This document shows, one piece after another, positions 10,400-19,828 of a DNA stretch of 51,747 bases; positions within the stretch are counted from its first letter, which is position 1, and each line of letters opens with the position of its first letter. Under the pieces are notes generated by a model that made no database searches, had not been told where the DNA came from, and was given only the letters and a program-made list of their open reading frames with translations. Origin of the DNA: an uncultured Pelagibacteraceae bacterium. GTDB taxonomy: Bacteria; Pseudomonadota; Alphaproteobacteria; Pelagibacterales; AG-422-B15. The stretch covers positions 1 to 51,747 of the forward strand of contig CACHLP010000004.1 of the NCBI GenBank assembly GCA_902580665.1, written 5' to 3'. A program made the translations under genes and the position numbers.

Positions 10400-11100
10400 A
10401 AAGCTAATTTTTCCAATGATTTAACTATTGTTTTATATAATAGCCTTGAAACCCTTTTTATCTTAGTTGAGTTTGAAAGTAAATCATTTCTGACTTCTAT
10501 TAGTACATTTGGGAGCTTATTACTTAAACCATGCCTATACATACTATCTCCAATCAAATTTCCTTTATAAGGTTTATTGTCTCCAACATTTAGTTTTTGC
10601 AATCTTAGTTGATTAATAATAATACGACTTAAATTTTTATCTTCATTTGAAAGAACCCCAAATTCCAAAAGTCTTTTTTTATTCATAAATATTGGATTAA
10701 AGGAATGTAAAGACAATATGACTTTAATTTTTTTATTTTGTATAGTTTGTTCTATTTCACGATGATATTTGTTATAAATATTTTCTACTCTTGATCTTAT
10801 CTCACTTTTACTAAGTCCAATATTTCCAGGAATTATTTTTCTATCTGCTATCTCTGGAATAACGGTTGGATCATCTAAATCTCTATTTAAATCAATGAGT
10901 AGTCTTGAATATTTGCCTTGAATGACTTTACATTTGAATCTATTTGATAGATCTAAACTTAGGTCTTTAACTCCAATATCGAAGGCAATATGCTGTTTTA
11001 ATAAAGCATTTGGAAGGCCTAACTTATTATTTTCTTTAGGTATATAATTAGATGCGTGATCTGCAATTATTAGAATTTGATTTTCTGAGCACGTAACCAA
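10396..11100 (-). CDS. N-formylglutamate amidohydrolase family protein
   Basis: DHASN, HIAFDIG, YSRLLIDLNR, SLHSF, IEVRNDL; start codon uncertain. Confidence 0.88.
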   Translation of the reverse strand: MVTCSENQILIIADHASNYIPKENNKLGLPNALLKQHIAFDIGVKDLSLDLSNRFKCKVIQGKYSRLLIDLNRDLDDPTVIPEIADRKIIPGNIGLSKSEIRSRVENIYNKYHREIEQTIQNKKIKVILSLHSFNPIFMNKKRLLEFGVLSNEDKNLSRIIINQLRLQKLNVGDNKPYKGNLIGDSMYRHGLSNKLPNVLIEVRNDLLSNSTKIKRVSRLLYKTIVKSLEKLAL

Positions 11101-11107
11101 AAGTTAA

Positions 11108-11233
11108 TTAACCTTGGCGAGCTTTCATTCTTGGATTTTTCTTATTAATCACGTAAAGACGGCCTTTACGTTTTATAAGCTTATTATTGCGATCTCTTGT
11201 TTTGAGATTTTTTAGTGAACTCCTTACCTTCAT
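11108..11233 (-). CDS. rpmJ: 50S ribosomal protein L36 (Cys-free type; not in ORF track)
   Basis: Manual translation [41 protein letters not shown]. Confidence 0.96.
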   Translation of the reverse strand: MKVRSSLKNLKTRDRNNKLIKRKGRLYVINKKNPRMKARQG

Positions 11234-11364
11234 GATTGCTGCTCAACTTGAGAAGCATTTGCTTCCTCAGCTCTTTTAAGTTTAACTTTTTTTTGGCGGA
11301 TGTTATTCTTTTTAGACCTCATTTTATTCAGCCTAGCTTCCCTTACTTTATTTGGCTTTTTCAT
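11230..11364 (-). CDS. Unknown 44-aa highly basic protein overlapping the rpmJ start (ATGA)
   Basis: Manual translation [44 protein letters not shown]; fills the gap between tRNA-Val and rpmJ. Confidence 0.7.
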   Translation of the reverse strand: MKKPNKVREARLNKMRSKKNNIRQKKVKLKRAEEANASQVEQQS

Positions 11365-11417
11365 AACTACTGCGATCTTTTATATAAAAAGTCAAAAAAA
11401 ACAACATATTATTTATT

Positions 11418-11492
11418 TGGTGGGCACGGTTGGGATCGAACCAACAACCCCCACGATGTCAACGTGATGCTCTACCACTGAGCTACGTGCCC
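11418..11492 (-). tRNA. tRNA-Val(GAC)
   Basis: Cloverleaf GGGCACG...CGTGCCC-ACCA, anticodon loop TT-GAC-AT, GTTCGA T loop. Confidence 0.96.
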
Positions 11493-11538
11493 TAAGATAA
11501 AGAAACTATATATATCAATATTTAACAGCTAACTAGAA

Positions 11539-12819
11539 CTATCGGGCAAATCTTTTTAAACCCTCAGGAGTAAACATTGACTCTTTATGTGGCTCATTTA
11601 GTCTCCACTGAACTTTAGGAATATCTGCGGATCTAAGGCTTTGGAGTTGATATCTACGTGTTGCAAATTCATATGTTGCTGCATGAATAGATAGGCACAT
11701 AGGTTGATCATAAAAATTAATTATTGGAAATTCCCTGTATGCCATTAAATTTCTTTGATCATCAAATGTTTCTTCGGCAAGCATGTTATGACTATCAGAG
11801 TCAAAATACATTATTCGGTGGGGTATAATATGCCTTTTGTCATCTTTTAATGTTGCATTAACAACATTTACACTTACAAGTTCATATCTTAGGTATTCCT
11901 GATTGACATGGTTGGGTGTTAAAATTTCTTCAATTGATGCTTCATGAAATTTATACGCATTGTATGGCATTAATCTTAATTGCTTACCAAGATCTGACCA
12001 AATATATCTATCTTTGGCACCATTAAACCCATCAACTTGATCTACAGTTGTTAATCCTTGTGATGCGCTGGGTTTATAGTCATATGTTATGTCTGGAGCT
12101 CTTCTTACTCTTCTAGTGCCAGGATTATAAACCCATGCTTTACGAGGGGTTACAAAAGCATTCAACGACTCAATTACTAATGTTGAGGCATCTGCTAACC
12201 GGGGAGGATGAGTAACCTTTGTCATCAACATTCCTTGTAATCCCTTATTTTCATTTCTTACAAATGGATTCCAAAAATTTTTTGCAATTGCTTCCCCTGC
12301 TCCGTAAGTTTTAGTTCCATCGGGGTTGACTATGTAAAATGGGGAAGCTCCATATATCTCAACTCCTCGATATCTTAATATATGATTCCAGACATGATGC
12401 AGTGCTTCATTTGGATTTGGAAAAGGTATACTTCCTACTACTCCATCAACCCCTTCACCATTATCAACTAATAATGCATTTTTATCAGTTAGCTCCAATA
12501 CTTCAGGTGGAACCGCACAGCTTCTTCGTGATGGATAAATATTCATCTTAAATGTATTCGGATACATCTCAAACATCTTAATTTGGCCAGGAGTTAAAAT
12601 GCTATCTTTATATTCAGTGTAATTTTCTATACTAACAGTAAGCAATATCTGATCAGAAGAAAATGGATCTGGATATGAGTCTAATTCAGAATTAAAATCG
12701 GCTATAGGACTTGTAATTGGTTCTCTTTCTCCAATATTTTCGAATGTTAAAATTATATCAGCGTACCCAGGTGACAGTAAGAGTAAAATTATTAATAAAA
12801 TATTAATTTTTTTGATCAT
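11539..12819 (-). CDS. DUF1329 family exported protein
   Basis: Signal peptide; IPFPNP...WNHILRYRG, AWVYNPGTRRVRRAP, RYELV motifs. Confidence 0.82.
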   Translation of the reverse strand: MIKKINILLIILLLLSPGYADIILTFENIGEREPITSPIADFNSELDSYPDPFSSDQILLTVSIENYTEYKDSILTPGQIKMFEMYPNTFKMNIYPSRRSCAVPPEVLELTDKNALLVDNGEGVDGVVGSIPFPNPNEALHHVWNHILRYRGVEIYGASPFYIVNPDGTKTYGAGEAIAKNFWNPFVRNENKGLQGMLMTKVTHPPRLADASTLVIESLNAFVTPRKAWVYNPGTRRVRRAPDITYDYKPSASQGLTTVDQVDGFNGAKDRYIWSDLGKQLRLMPYNAYKFHEASIEEILTPNHVNQEYLRYELVSVNVVNATLKDDKRHIIPHRIMYFDSDSHNMLAEETFDDQRNLMAYREFPIINFYDQPMCLSIHAATYEFATRRYQLQSLRSADIPKVQWRLNEPHKESMFTPEGLKRFAR

Positions 12820-12877
12820 ATGTAATATGGTAAAAGTTCAAATATACAATATCAAGACTATTAATTAATATGTATGT

Positions 12878-13681
12878 ATGAAAGAAAATATTCAGAATTT
12901 TGTAAAAATTGGTAATTACATTGCAGATGAATCAAGAAAAATCTCATTAAGGTATTATAAAAAAAAGTTAAAAGTTAAATCTAAAGATTTATGTGAATAT
13001 GATCCTGTCACTATTGCTGATATAAGCATACAGAAAAAAATTAATAAAATAATTTCAAGTTATTTTCCAACTCACTCAATTTTAGGAGAAGAAGCAAGTA
13101 TGGTTAATAGCAATGAATACGAATGGTGTATTGACCCTATTGATGGCACCAAATCATTTGTTCAGGGATTTCCTGCTTGGGGTACTCTCATTTCTTTATC
13201 CAGAAAAAAAGAAATTCTTCTCGGTATAGCAGATATACCTGCACTTGATGAGAGATATGTAGGATATTCTAATAAGTCTTTTAAAATCATTAAGGGCAAA
13301 AAAAGTAAACTAAAAACAGGAGATACAATTAAACTTGAGAAGAGCATTTTGAACACAACCTCTCCATATATTTTTGCAAGTAAATATGATCAGAAAATTT
13401 TTGAGAGCATTGTTAAAGAAGTAAAGACAGTAAGGATGGGTGGAGATTGTTACAGTTATTGCCTATTGGCAGATGGTCATGTTGATATAATTATAGAAAG
13501 TGGATTAAAACCATGGGACATAAGGGCATTGGAACCAATAATTAAAAATGCTGGTGGAATACTAAAAACTTGGGAAGGTAATAAGATATTTGATGGAGGA
13601 AGAATTGTTGCTGCAACAAACAAGCAATTATTTAAAAAAGTAAAAAATATTTTAATCAAAAAAAAACCCAGACATAAATGA
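12878..13681 (+). CDS. hisN: Histidinol-phosphatase, IMPase family
   Basis: YDPVTIAD, WCIDPIDGTKSF..G.PAWGTLI, GGDCYSYCLLADG, KPWD. Confidence 0.82.
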   Translation: MKENIQNFVKIGNYIADESRKISLRYYKKKLKVKSKDLCEYDPVTIADISIQKKINKIISSYFPTHSILGEEASMVNSNEYEWCIDPIDGTKSFVQGFPAWGTLISLSRKKEILLGIADIPALDERYVGYSNKSFKIIKGKKSKLKTGDTIKLEKSILNTTSPYIFASKYDQKIFESIVKEVKTVRMGGDCYSYCLLADGHVDIIIESGLKPWDIRALEPIIKNAGGILKTWEGNKIFDGGRIVAATNKQLFKKVKNILIKKKPRHK

Positions 13682-13690
13682 CTGGGTTTT
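13658..13690. terminator. Probable bidirectional intrinsic terminator between hisN and the SCP2 gene
   Basis: AAAACCCAG...CTGGGTTTT stem with A9 on the left and a T run on the right, between convergent genes. Confidence 0.7.
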
Positions 13691-13711
13691 AATTTATTAT
13701 TTTACAAGATC

Positions 13712-14026
13712 TTATGCAAGAGCATCCATTACGGATTGTAATTTCATTGCTATAGACATGTCGCCTGATACTTTTAGTTTACCTTGCATAAATGCTGATG
13801 TTCCATCGACTTCACCAGACCTCATTTGTTCAAATGTTTCCATTGACATTGATAGGGTGCAGTCAGCGTCTTGATCTTGATCAGAAACCGTGTTTGGATT
13901 TGATTTACCATCTAAAAAAATACATCCTGCGCCTTCAAAATCAAATTTTACTGTTGCACCAAGACCTGTATCTTTGCCTTCAATTCCTTTTTGAAACTCA
14001 GCTAATAAACTTGCCACGTCTGCCAT
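13712..14026 (-). CDS. SCP2 sterol-binding domain protein
   Basis: ADCTL...AFMQGKLKVSGDMSIAMKL. Confidence 0.9.
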   Translation of the reverse strand: MADVASLLAEFQKGIEGKDTGLGATVKFDFEGAGCIFLDGKSNPNTVSDQDQDADCTLSMSMETFEQMRSGEVDGTSAFMQGKLKVSGDMSIAMKLQSVMDALA

Positions 14027-14110
14027 ATTTATTTCTCCATTATTAATTTAGTATGACAATAAATCAATTTACATTATATATGTCAACACGTAATTTTAAG
14101 AATAAAGAGT

Positions 14111-14731
14111 ATGAGAAAACCTCATTTTTGGGAAAAAGCAAAAAAAGATCTTATTAGAAGAGATAAAAAACTTGGTGCTATAATAAGAAATTATCCAAGA
14201 GATTTTCTTTTTACTAAATCAGACCCATTTTATACACTTGCAAGATCTATAGTGGGTCAACAAATTTCAGTTAGTGCTGCGCAAGCTGTATGGGAACGAT
14301 TTGAAAAAAAAGTAAAAATTATTAAGCCAAAAAATGTGAGAGAAATACATTATATGAAGCTTAAATCATGCGGATTATCAAGACAAAAAATAACTTATTT
14401 AAAATCCCTCTCTATAGCGTTTATAGAAAAAAAAATTCAACCAAATAAATGGAGACTCTTAGATAATGAAAAAATAATTGAGGAGCTTACTCAAATAAAA
14501 GGTATTGGCAGATGGACTGCTGAAATGTTCTTAATTTTTAATTTATGTAGACCAGATATCTTTCCTGCAGATGATTTAGGTGTTATCAAAGGCATCTGTA
14601 ATTGCTATAGTTTAAAATACCCAATTACAAAGGAAAATGCGATAAAAATGTCCATTAAATGGAAACCTTATAGATCAGTAGCAACTTGGTATTTTTGGCG
14701 AAGCTTGGATCCCATTCCTGTAGAGTATTGA
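14111..14731 (+). CDS. alkA: DNA-3-methyladenine glycosylase II (HhH-GPD)
   Basis: RSIVGQQIS, KGIGRWTAEMFLIF, FPADDLG, WKPYRS. Confidence 0.9.
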   Translation: MRKPHFWEKAKKDLIRRDKKLGAIIRNYPRDFLFTKSDPFYTLARSIVGQQISVSAAQAVWERFEKKVKIIKPKNVREIHYMKLKSCGLSRQKITYLKSLSIAFIEKKIQPNKWRLLDNEKIIEELTQIKGIGRWTAEMFLIFNLCRPDIFPADDLGVIKGICNCYSLKYPITKENAIKMSIKWKPYRSVATWYFWRSLDPIPVEY

Positions 14732-14732
14732 A

Positions 14733-15566
14733 ATGGATAAAATTGACTTTTCATATGCATCAAAAGTTGAACATAATTTTGCTCAACGTCTAATTATTAA
14801 ATCAATTGAAAACATTACTGGGAAAAAAAAACTAGAAAGCTTATATAAAAATTATTCACTTGATTCAAAAAATCCCAAAACATTTTGGTCAGACATTTTA
14901 GATATAATGAATATCAAAGTGATAAATAAATCCCAAAATCAGTTAGCAATTGGAAAAAATGAACAACTCGTAATAATTGCAAATCATCCATTTGGCATCA
15001 TTGATGGATTAATACTGTGTGCTTTAACATCAAAATTTAGAGGTGACTTTAAAATAATGACACATGAAACTCTTCAATTCTTGCCTCAACTTAAAGAATT
15101 CATACTGCCAGTTGATTTCAGAGGAAAATCAAAGGAATCAAAATTATTGAATATTAAGACTGCTAAAGAAGCGAGAGAACACTTAAATAATAATGGAATT
15201 GTTATAATCTTTCCTTCAGGTGGTGTTTCTGTAGCAAATAACCTAAAATCAGAGGCTATTGATGATGAATGGAAATTATTTCCCGCAAAGTTAATCCAGC
15301 AGACAAAATCAAATGTATTACCAATATATTTTGATGGAAAAAATGGCTTATTATTTCATCTATTTGCCTCAAAATTAAAAAACCAAACTTTGAAATATTC
15401 ATCTTATATTCATGAGACAAAGAAAAAAATTGGTAAAGAAATATCAATATATGTTGGCAAAAAGATAATTTATAATGAAATAAAAAATTTTAAAAATAGA
15501 ATTGAATTGACTGAGTTTTTGAAACAAAAAACTTACAATTTAAAGAATACGAATGGACAAAAATAA
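14733..15566 (+). CDS. Lysophospholipid/glycerol acyltransferase family protein
   Basis: NHPFGIID (HX4D) and FPSG motifs. Confidence 0.85.
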   Translation: MDKIDFSYASKVEHNFAQRLIIKSIENITGKKKLESLYKNYSLDSKNPKTFWSDILDIMNIKVINKSQNQLAIGKNEQLVIIANHPFGIIDGLILCALTSKFRGDFKIMTHETLQFLPQLKEFILPVDFRGKSKESKLLNIKTAKEAREHLNNNGIVIIFPSGGVSVANNLKSEAIDDEWKLFPAKLIQQTKSNVLPIYFDGKNGLLFHLFASKLKNQTLKYSSYIHETKKKIGKEISIYVGKKIIYNEIKNFKNRIELTEFLKQKTYNLKNTNGQK

Positions 15567-16464
15567 TTTATTTATTTACTCATTTTATAGATTTAAAAGT
15601 GTCAAAAATATTAAAACAGTTAAATCGCAGCTTGAAAATTTTTTTAACAGCAGGTTTATCAAAGGTACTGTTTTGATTGCTAATGAAGGCATAAATGCTT
15701 CACTGTCTGGCTGCGAAGCAGAGTTAGATGATAGTGTAAAATATATTAAAAAGAACTTGAAAATAAGAAAATTATTTATCAAAAGAAATCATATTAACTT
15801 TCACCCATTTAATAAACTAAAAGTAAGAGTCAAAAAAGAAATTATATCTTTAGGTCAAGGTTCTTTAAATATAAATAAATATACAGGCAAATATATAAGC
15901 CCTGCAGATTGGGATAATATAATATCTCAAAAAAATGTTAAACTTATTGATACTAGAAATAAATATGAAATTAAAATTGGAAAATTTAAAAAATCAATAA
16001 ATCCTGATACCAACAACTTTAGGGAATTTACAAAAAAATTTCAGGATCTTAATATTTCTAAATCTCAGAAAATTGCAATGTACTGCACTGGAGGTATTCG
16101 ATGTGAAAAAGCATCTACATTTTTATATAATAACGGATATAAAAATGTTTACCAACTAGATGGGGGGATTATAAACTATTTAAGTCATAAAAAAAAATTA
16201 AAAAAGGATTCATCCTGGAAAGGAGAATGCTTTGTATTTGATAATAGAGTTTCAATTAATAAAAACTTACTTAAAGGTAAATATTTTCAGTGTTATGGAT
16301 GCAGAAATCCTATTACAAAGAAAGATCTTGAGTCAAAAAATTATAAAAAAGGAGTCTTCTGTCCAATATGTTATAATGTTCGAACTAAGAAACAAATTAA
16401 GAGATCTACATCTAGACAGCAACAAATTGATCAAAAGAACAATAAAGTAATTAGTAAAATGTAA
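15553..16464 (+). CDS. trhO: tRNA uridine(34) hydroxylase TrhO (rhodanese/UPF0176)
   Basis: EGINA, IDTRNKYE, YCTGGIRCEKAS, WKGECFVFDNR. Confidence 0.92.
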   Translation: MDKNNLFIYSFYRFKSVKNIKTVKSQLENFFNSRFIKGTVLIANEGINASLSGCEAELDDSVKYIKKNLKIRKLFIKRNHINFHPFNKLKVRVKKEIISLGQGSLNINKYTGKYISPADWDNIISQKNVKLIDTRNKYEIKIGKFKKSINPDTNNFREFTKKFQDLNISKSQKIAMYCTGGIRCEKASTFLYNNGYKNVYQLDGGIINYLSHKKKLKKDSSWKGECFVFDNRVSINKNLLKGKYFQCYGCRNPITKKDLESKNYKKGVFCPICYNVRTKKQIKRSTSRQQQIDQKNNKVISKM

Positions 16465-16494
16465 TCTATAAAAAAGTAAAAAATTTACTTTAAA

Positions 16495-17514
16495 TTAATT
16501 TTTTAAAATTTTAAGGTTAGGTCTCGTCTTATTTAAATGATTGAGAATGTCGTACACCATGTCGTTAATACTTTTGCGTGGTGACCAATTTAACTCTTTC
16601 TCAGCCTTATTAATTAGAGCCCAATACTCTGGCAGATCTCCCTTTCTTCTGCCTTCAAATTTAAAATTAATTTTTCGTTTTAATATACTTTCAAAAACTT
16701 GTATAATTTGAAGTACACTATAACCATTACCTGATCCTAGATTCCATACGTGACAGCCTCTATTAGTTTTTATATAATTGAGAGCCTTTAGGTGACCATC
16801 TATCAAGTCAGACACGTGAATGTAGTCTCTAATTCCAGACCCATCAGGTGTAGGGTAGTCATTTCCATATACGGAAAGGTATTCATCACTATGAATAAGA
16901 GAATTCAAAATGGCAGGTACTAAGTTTCTACCTGAATGTATTTCTTCACCCAGCAAGCCAGAGGGGTGTGCGCCTATAGGATTAAAATACCTAAGAATAC
17001 CTGCACGAAATTCTTTATTATCTATTACAAAGCTGCGTAATATTTCTTCTATAATAAATTTTGACTTGGCATATGGATTAGTAGGACTTTTTAATTTTAG
17101 CTTTTCATCCCATGGTGGGGGGTGTTGATTGCCGTACACAGTTGCTGATGATGAAAAAATAAAATGATTTATTTTATTTAATTTCATTAATTCAATAATA
17201 TTAATTGTACCAGTAATATTATTTGAAAAGTACTCTGATGGATCTTTTTCACTTTCAGATACAGATTTTAATCCTGCAAAATGAATGACTGCATCAATAT
17301 TTTTTTTTAAAAATAAGGCGTTTATAAATTTTTTATCTCTGACATCTCCCTGATAAAACTTAAAATGTTTTTTGGAAATTGATTTTATTTTATCAAGAAT
17401 TTCTATGCTACTATTAGAAAAATTGTCTACGATGCAAATTTCTGTATTACGCTCTAAAAGATTGATTGCACAATGCGATCCCAAGTAACCACAACCCCCT
17501 GTGATTAATATCAT
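16495..17514 (-). CDS. galE: UDP-glucose 4-epimerase
   Basis: GGCGYLGSH, HFAGLKSV, SSSATVYG, YAKSK, LRYFNPIGAHPSG. Confidence 0.94.
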   Translation of the reverse strand: MILITGGCGYLGSHCAINLLERNTEICIVDNFSNSSIEILDKIKSISKKHFKFYQGDVRDKKFINALFLKKNIDAVIHFAGLKSVSESEKDPSEYFSNNITGTINIIELMKLNKINHFIFSSSATVYGNQHPPPWDEKLKLKSPTNPYAKSKFIIEEILRSFVIDNKEFRAGILRYFNPIGAHPSGLLGEEIHSGRNLVPAILNSLIHSDEYLSVYGNDYPTPDGSGIRDYIHVSDLIDGHLKALNYIKTNRGCHVWNLGSGNGYSVLQIIQVFESILKRKINFKFEGRRKGDLPEYWALINKAEKELNWSPRKSINDMVYDILNHLNKTRPNLKILKN

Positions 17515-17515
17515 A

Positions 17516-18025
17516 TTAATTATTTCTTTTATTTATAATTTTATTCATGTATTTTTTGTACTTCTTCCAGTCATCTGAGGAAATTATAAAGCCAATACAT
17601 TCTTTTGCACCACATCTACATATATGATCTCTAAAATCATTTTTATTAAACTCATACCCATAATCATAAGACAATTCATCTCCTTTTTTAATTTTTTTAA
17701 TTGAAGAGATCCATATTTCTTCATTTGTTATATCAACTTCGCAATTTGGCTCACATGAATGATTAATGTATCTAGCTTTGTTATATAAAACTGATCCATC
17801 AATATCATATTTATTATTAAGTTCGAATATGTACACTGAACCAGTTATTTCTGAATTTAAATATTTATTTAATCTTTCTTCAGATCTTTTGTCGCCTTCT
17901 TTTTTAGTAACTTTCTCACCTATATATTGAATAATTTTTGTATTTTTTTTAATATCTTCCGTGGCAATAATGCCTTTTCCATGAACTTTAGATTTACTAA
18001 CTTTCCACATTTTTTTTACCAACAT
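17516..18025 (-). CDS. SET domain protein-lysine methyltransferase with post-SET motif
   Basis: HGKG, ARYINHSCEPN, ELSYDY, CRCGAKEC. Confidence 0.93.
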   Translation of the reverse strand: MLVKKMWKVSKSKVHGKGIIATEDIKKNTKIIQYIGEKVTKKEGDKRSEERLNKYLNSEITGSVYIFELNNKYDIDGSVLYNKARYINHSCEPNCEVDITNEEIWISSIKKIKKGDELSYDYGYEFNKNDFRDHICRCGAKECIGFIISSDDWKKYKKYMNKIINKRNN

Positions 18026-18072
18026 AAATAGAATATAAATAAAACCTTACTATAAAGTAATATATTTAAGAT

Positions 18073-18405
18073 TTAATAGAATTTCTTATTCTTCTCAATT
18101 AAATACAATGTAGCTATAGAAAAAATACTAAAACTGAAATAAAAAAAACTACTTTCTAAAGAAAATAAAGTATAATTAGGAGAGAAAAAATTAATTAAAA
18201 GATAAAAATTAAATAGAATAAAAATTAAAAAGAACTTATTTTTTAAATGTTTTATTTTTTTACTTATATAGGATTTATATAAAAATATAATGAAAATTAT
18301 TGGAATAAATAAATCAGGAAAAAAAGGTCCTCTGAGTATTCCGAATGACAATATATAATATGGACCACTTGAAGATTTGATTAGTATTATCTTATTTTCA
18401 AACAT
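18073..18405 (-). pseudogene. Hydrophobic fragment resembling the N-terminus of an O-antigen-ligase-like membrane protein
   Basis: GPFFPDL motif followed by TM segments, ending after only 110 aa; family call from recall. Confidence 0.45.
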
Positions 18406-18421
18406 TTAATTAATAGGAAAC

Positions 18422-19486
18422 ATGCATATTATTATTACATTTATATTATCTAGTTTAATTCTTTATTTTATATACATTTTTGCAAAAAATTTTCATTTTT
18501 TTATTGAAAGCCCCTCAAATAGTATAAGAAAAATTCATAATTCAGATGTAATAAAAATTGGAGGCTTTTCAATGCTTTCATTTTATATATCATTATTTTA
18601 TGTGAATGAGCCCATGCTCATTGAAATTATCATGTTTGGAACAGCATTCATGCTAATTGGTTTGTTTGCGGACTTAAATCCTAACTTAAGTGGAAAAATA
18701 AGATTTTATATAATGGCTGTTTTGTTAATTTTTTTTATTTGGAAAAATAATTTTGTAATCAACAATTATGATCACGTTATCTTAGACCAAATACTAAATG
18801 TTTCAATTTATATCAAATATTTATTCGTCTTAATGGGATTAATGTTTTCAATTAATGGATTTAATTTTATTGATGGCAATAATGGGTTGATGACTGGAGT
18901 AGCATTAATTATACTTTTTAATTTTTTAATTTATATTGATAGCAGTAATTTCGAAATATATATATTTGTTCAAATTTTAGCTGCTGGCCTTACATCTCTT
19001 TTTCTTATTAATTTTTTTACAGGCAAAATCATATCAGGTGACTGCGGTGCTTACTTTGTAGGTTTTATAATAGGTTCGTTGAGCATATATATATCAAATC
19101 ATAATATTATTTATTCAACATTAATAGCTTGTATAATTTGTTATCCCATAAACGAACTTTTTATATCTTTTTGGCGAAGGCTATTGTTTAATAAAAAGAA
19201 TCCGCTTAAACCAGATGATAAACATATGCATTCTGTTTTATACAAAATTATTTGTTATTATTTTGAAAGATATGATTTCAAATCTTCAAATAAATTTTTT
19301 AATCCTAACAGTAGTACCTCAATAGTAATTTTGTCTTTTTTGATTTTTAGCTCAGTTTTTATCTATATTTATGGCAATGATATTGGCTATTTAAATACTT
19401 TTTTTATTATTTCATTTTTACAACTCACCCTGTATTTATTTTTAATGTTTGCTGAAAAAAAATTGCTAAAAAAAATTGCTGCTTAA
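18422..19486 (+). CDS. Polyprenyl-phosphate HexNAc-1-phosphate transferase (WecA/MraY family)
   Basis: RKIH..D..KIGG, NGFNFIDGNNG, SGDCGA, PDDKHMH; multi-TM. Confidence 0.87.
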   Translation: MHIIITFILSSLILYFIYIFAKNFHFFIESPSNSIRKIHNSDVIKIGGFSMLSFYISLFYVNEPMLIEIIMFGTAFMLIGLFADLNPNLSGKIRFYIMAVLLIFFIWKNNFVINNYDHVILDQILNVSIYIKYLFVLMGLMFSINGFNFIDGNNGLMTGVALIILFNFLIYIDSSNFEIYIFVQILAAGLTSLFLINFFTGKIISGDCGAYFVGFIIGSLSIYISNHNIIYSTLIACIICYPINELFISFWRRLLFNKKNPLKPDDKHMHSVLYKIICYYFERYDFKSSNKFFNPNSSTSIVILSFLIFSSVFIYIYGNDIGYLNTFFIISFLQLTLYLFLMFAEKKLLKKIAA

Positions 19487-19543
19487 AATGAATAAGGTTA
19501 TTTTATCGCGATTTGCGAAACATTAATTATAAGTAAGGTTTAT

Positions 19544-19620
<77 letters not shown>

Positions 19621-19828
19621 AAAAAAATATTAGATAACAAATAACACAGTAAAATACAAGGGTCTTCTATTTTTTGACTTAGCTTAATTTATGTGTTATT
19701 GAAATTTATGTTTTTCCTTAATATTCTTAATAACACGCGTTACAAATAACACATATAAACATTGAAAGAATTTGAGTTTAAGATATATAAAATAATTAAT
19801 AATCTTACAAATTAACAATAAATTAAAA

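Noticed and set aside
11236-11481. 81-aa plus-strand ORF
   Set aside because: Antisense to tRNA-Val and to the 44-aa ORF coupled to rpmJ
12878-13681. Second IMPase-family gene as a suhB duplication
   Set aside because: Motifs match the distinct HisN subfamily
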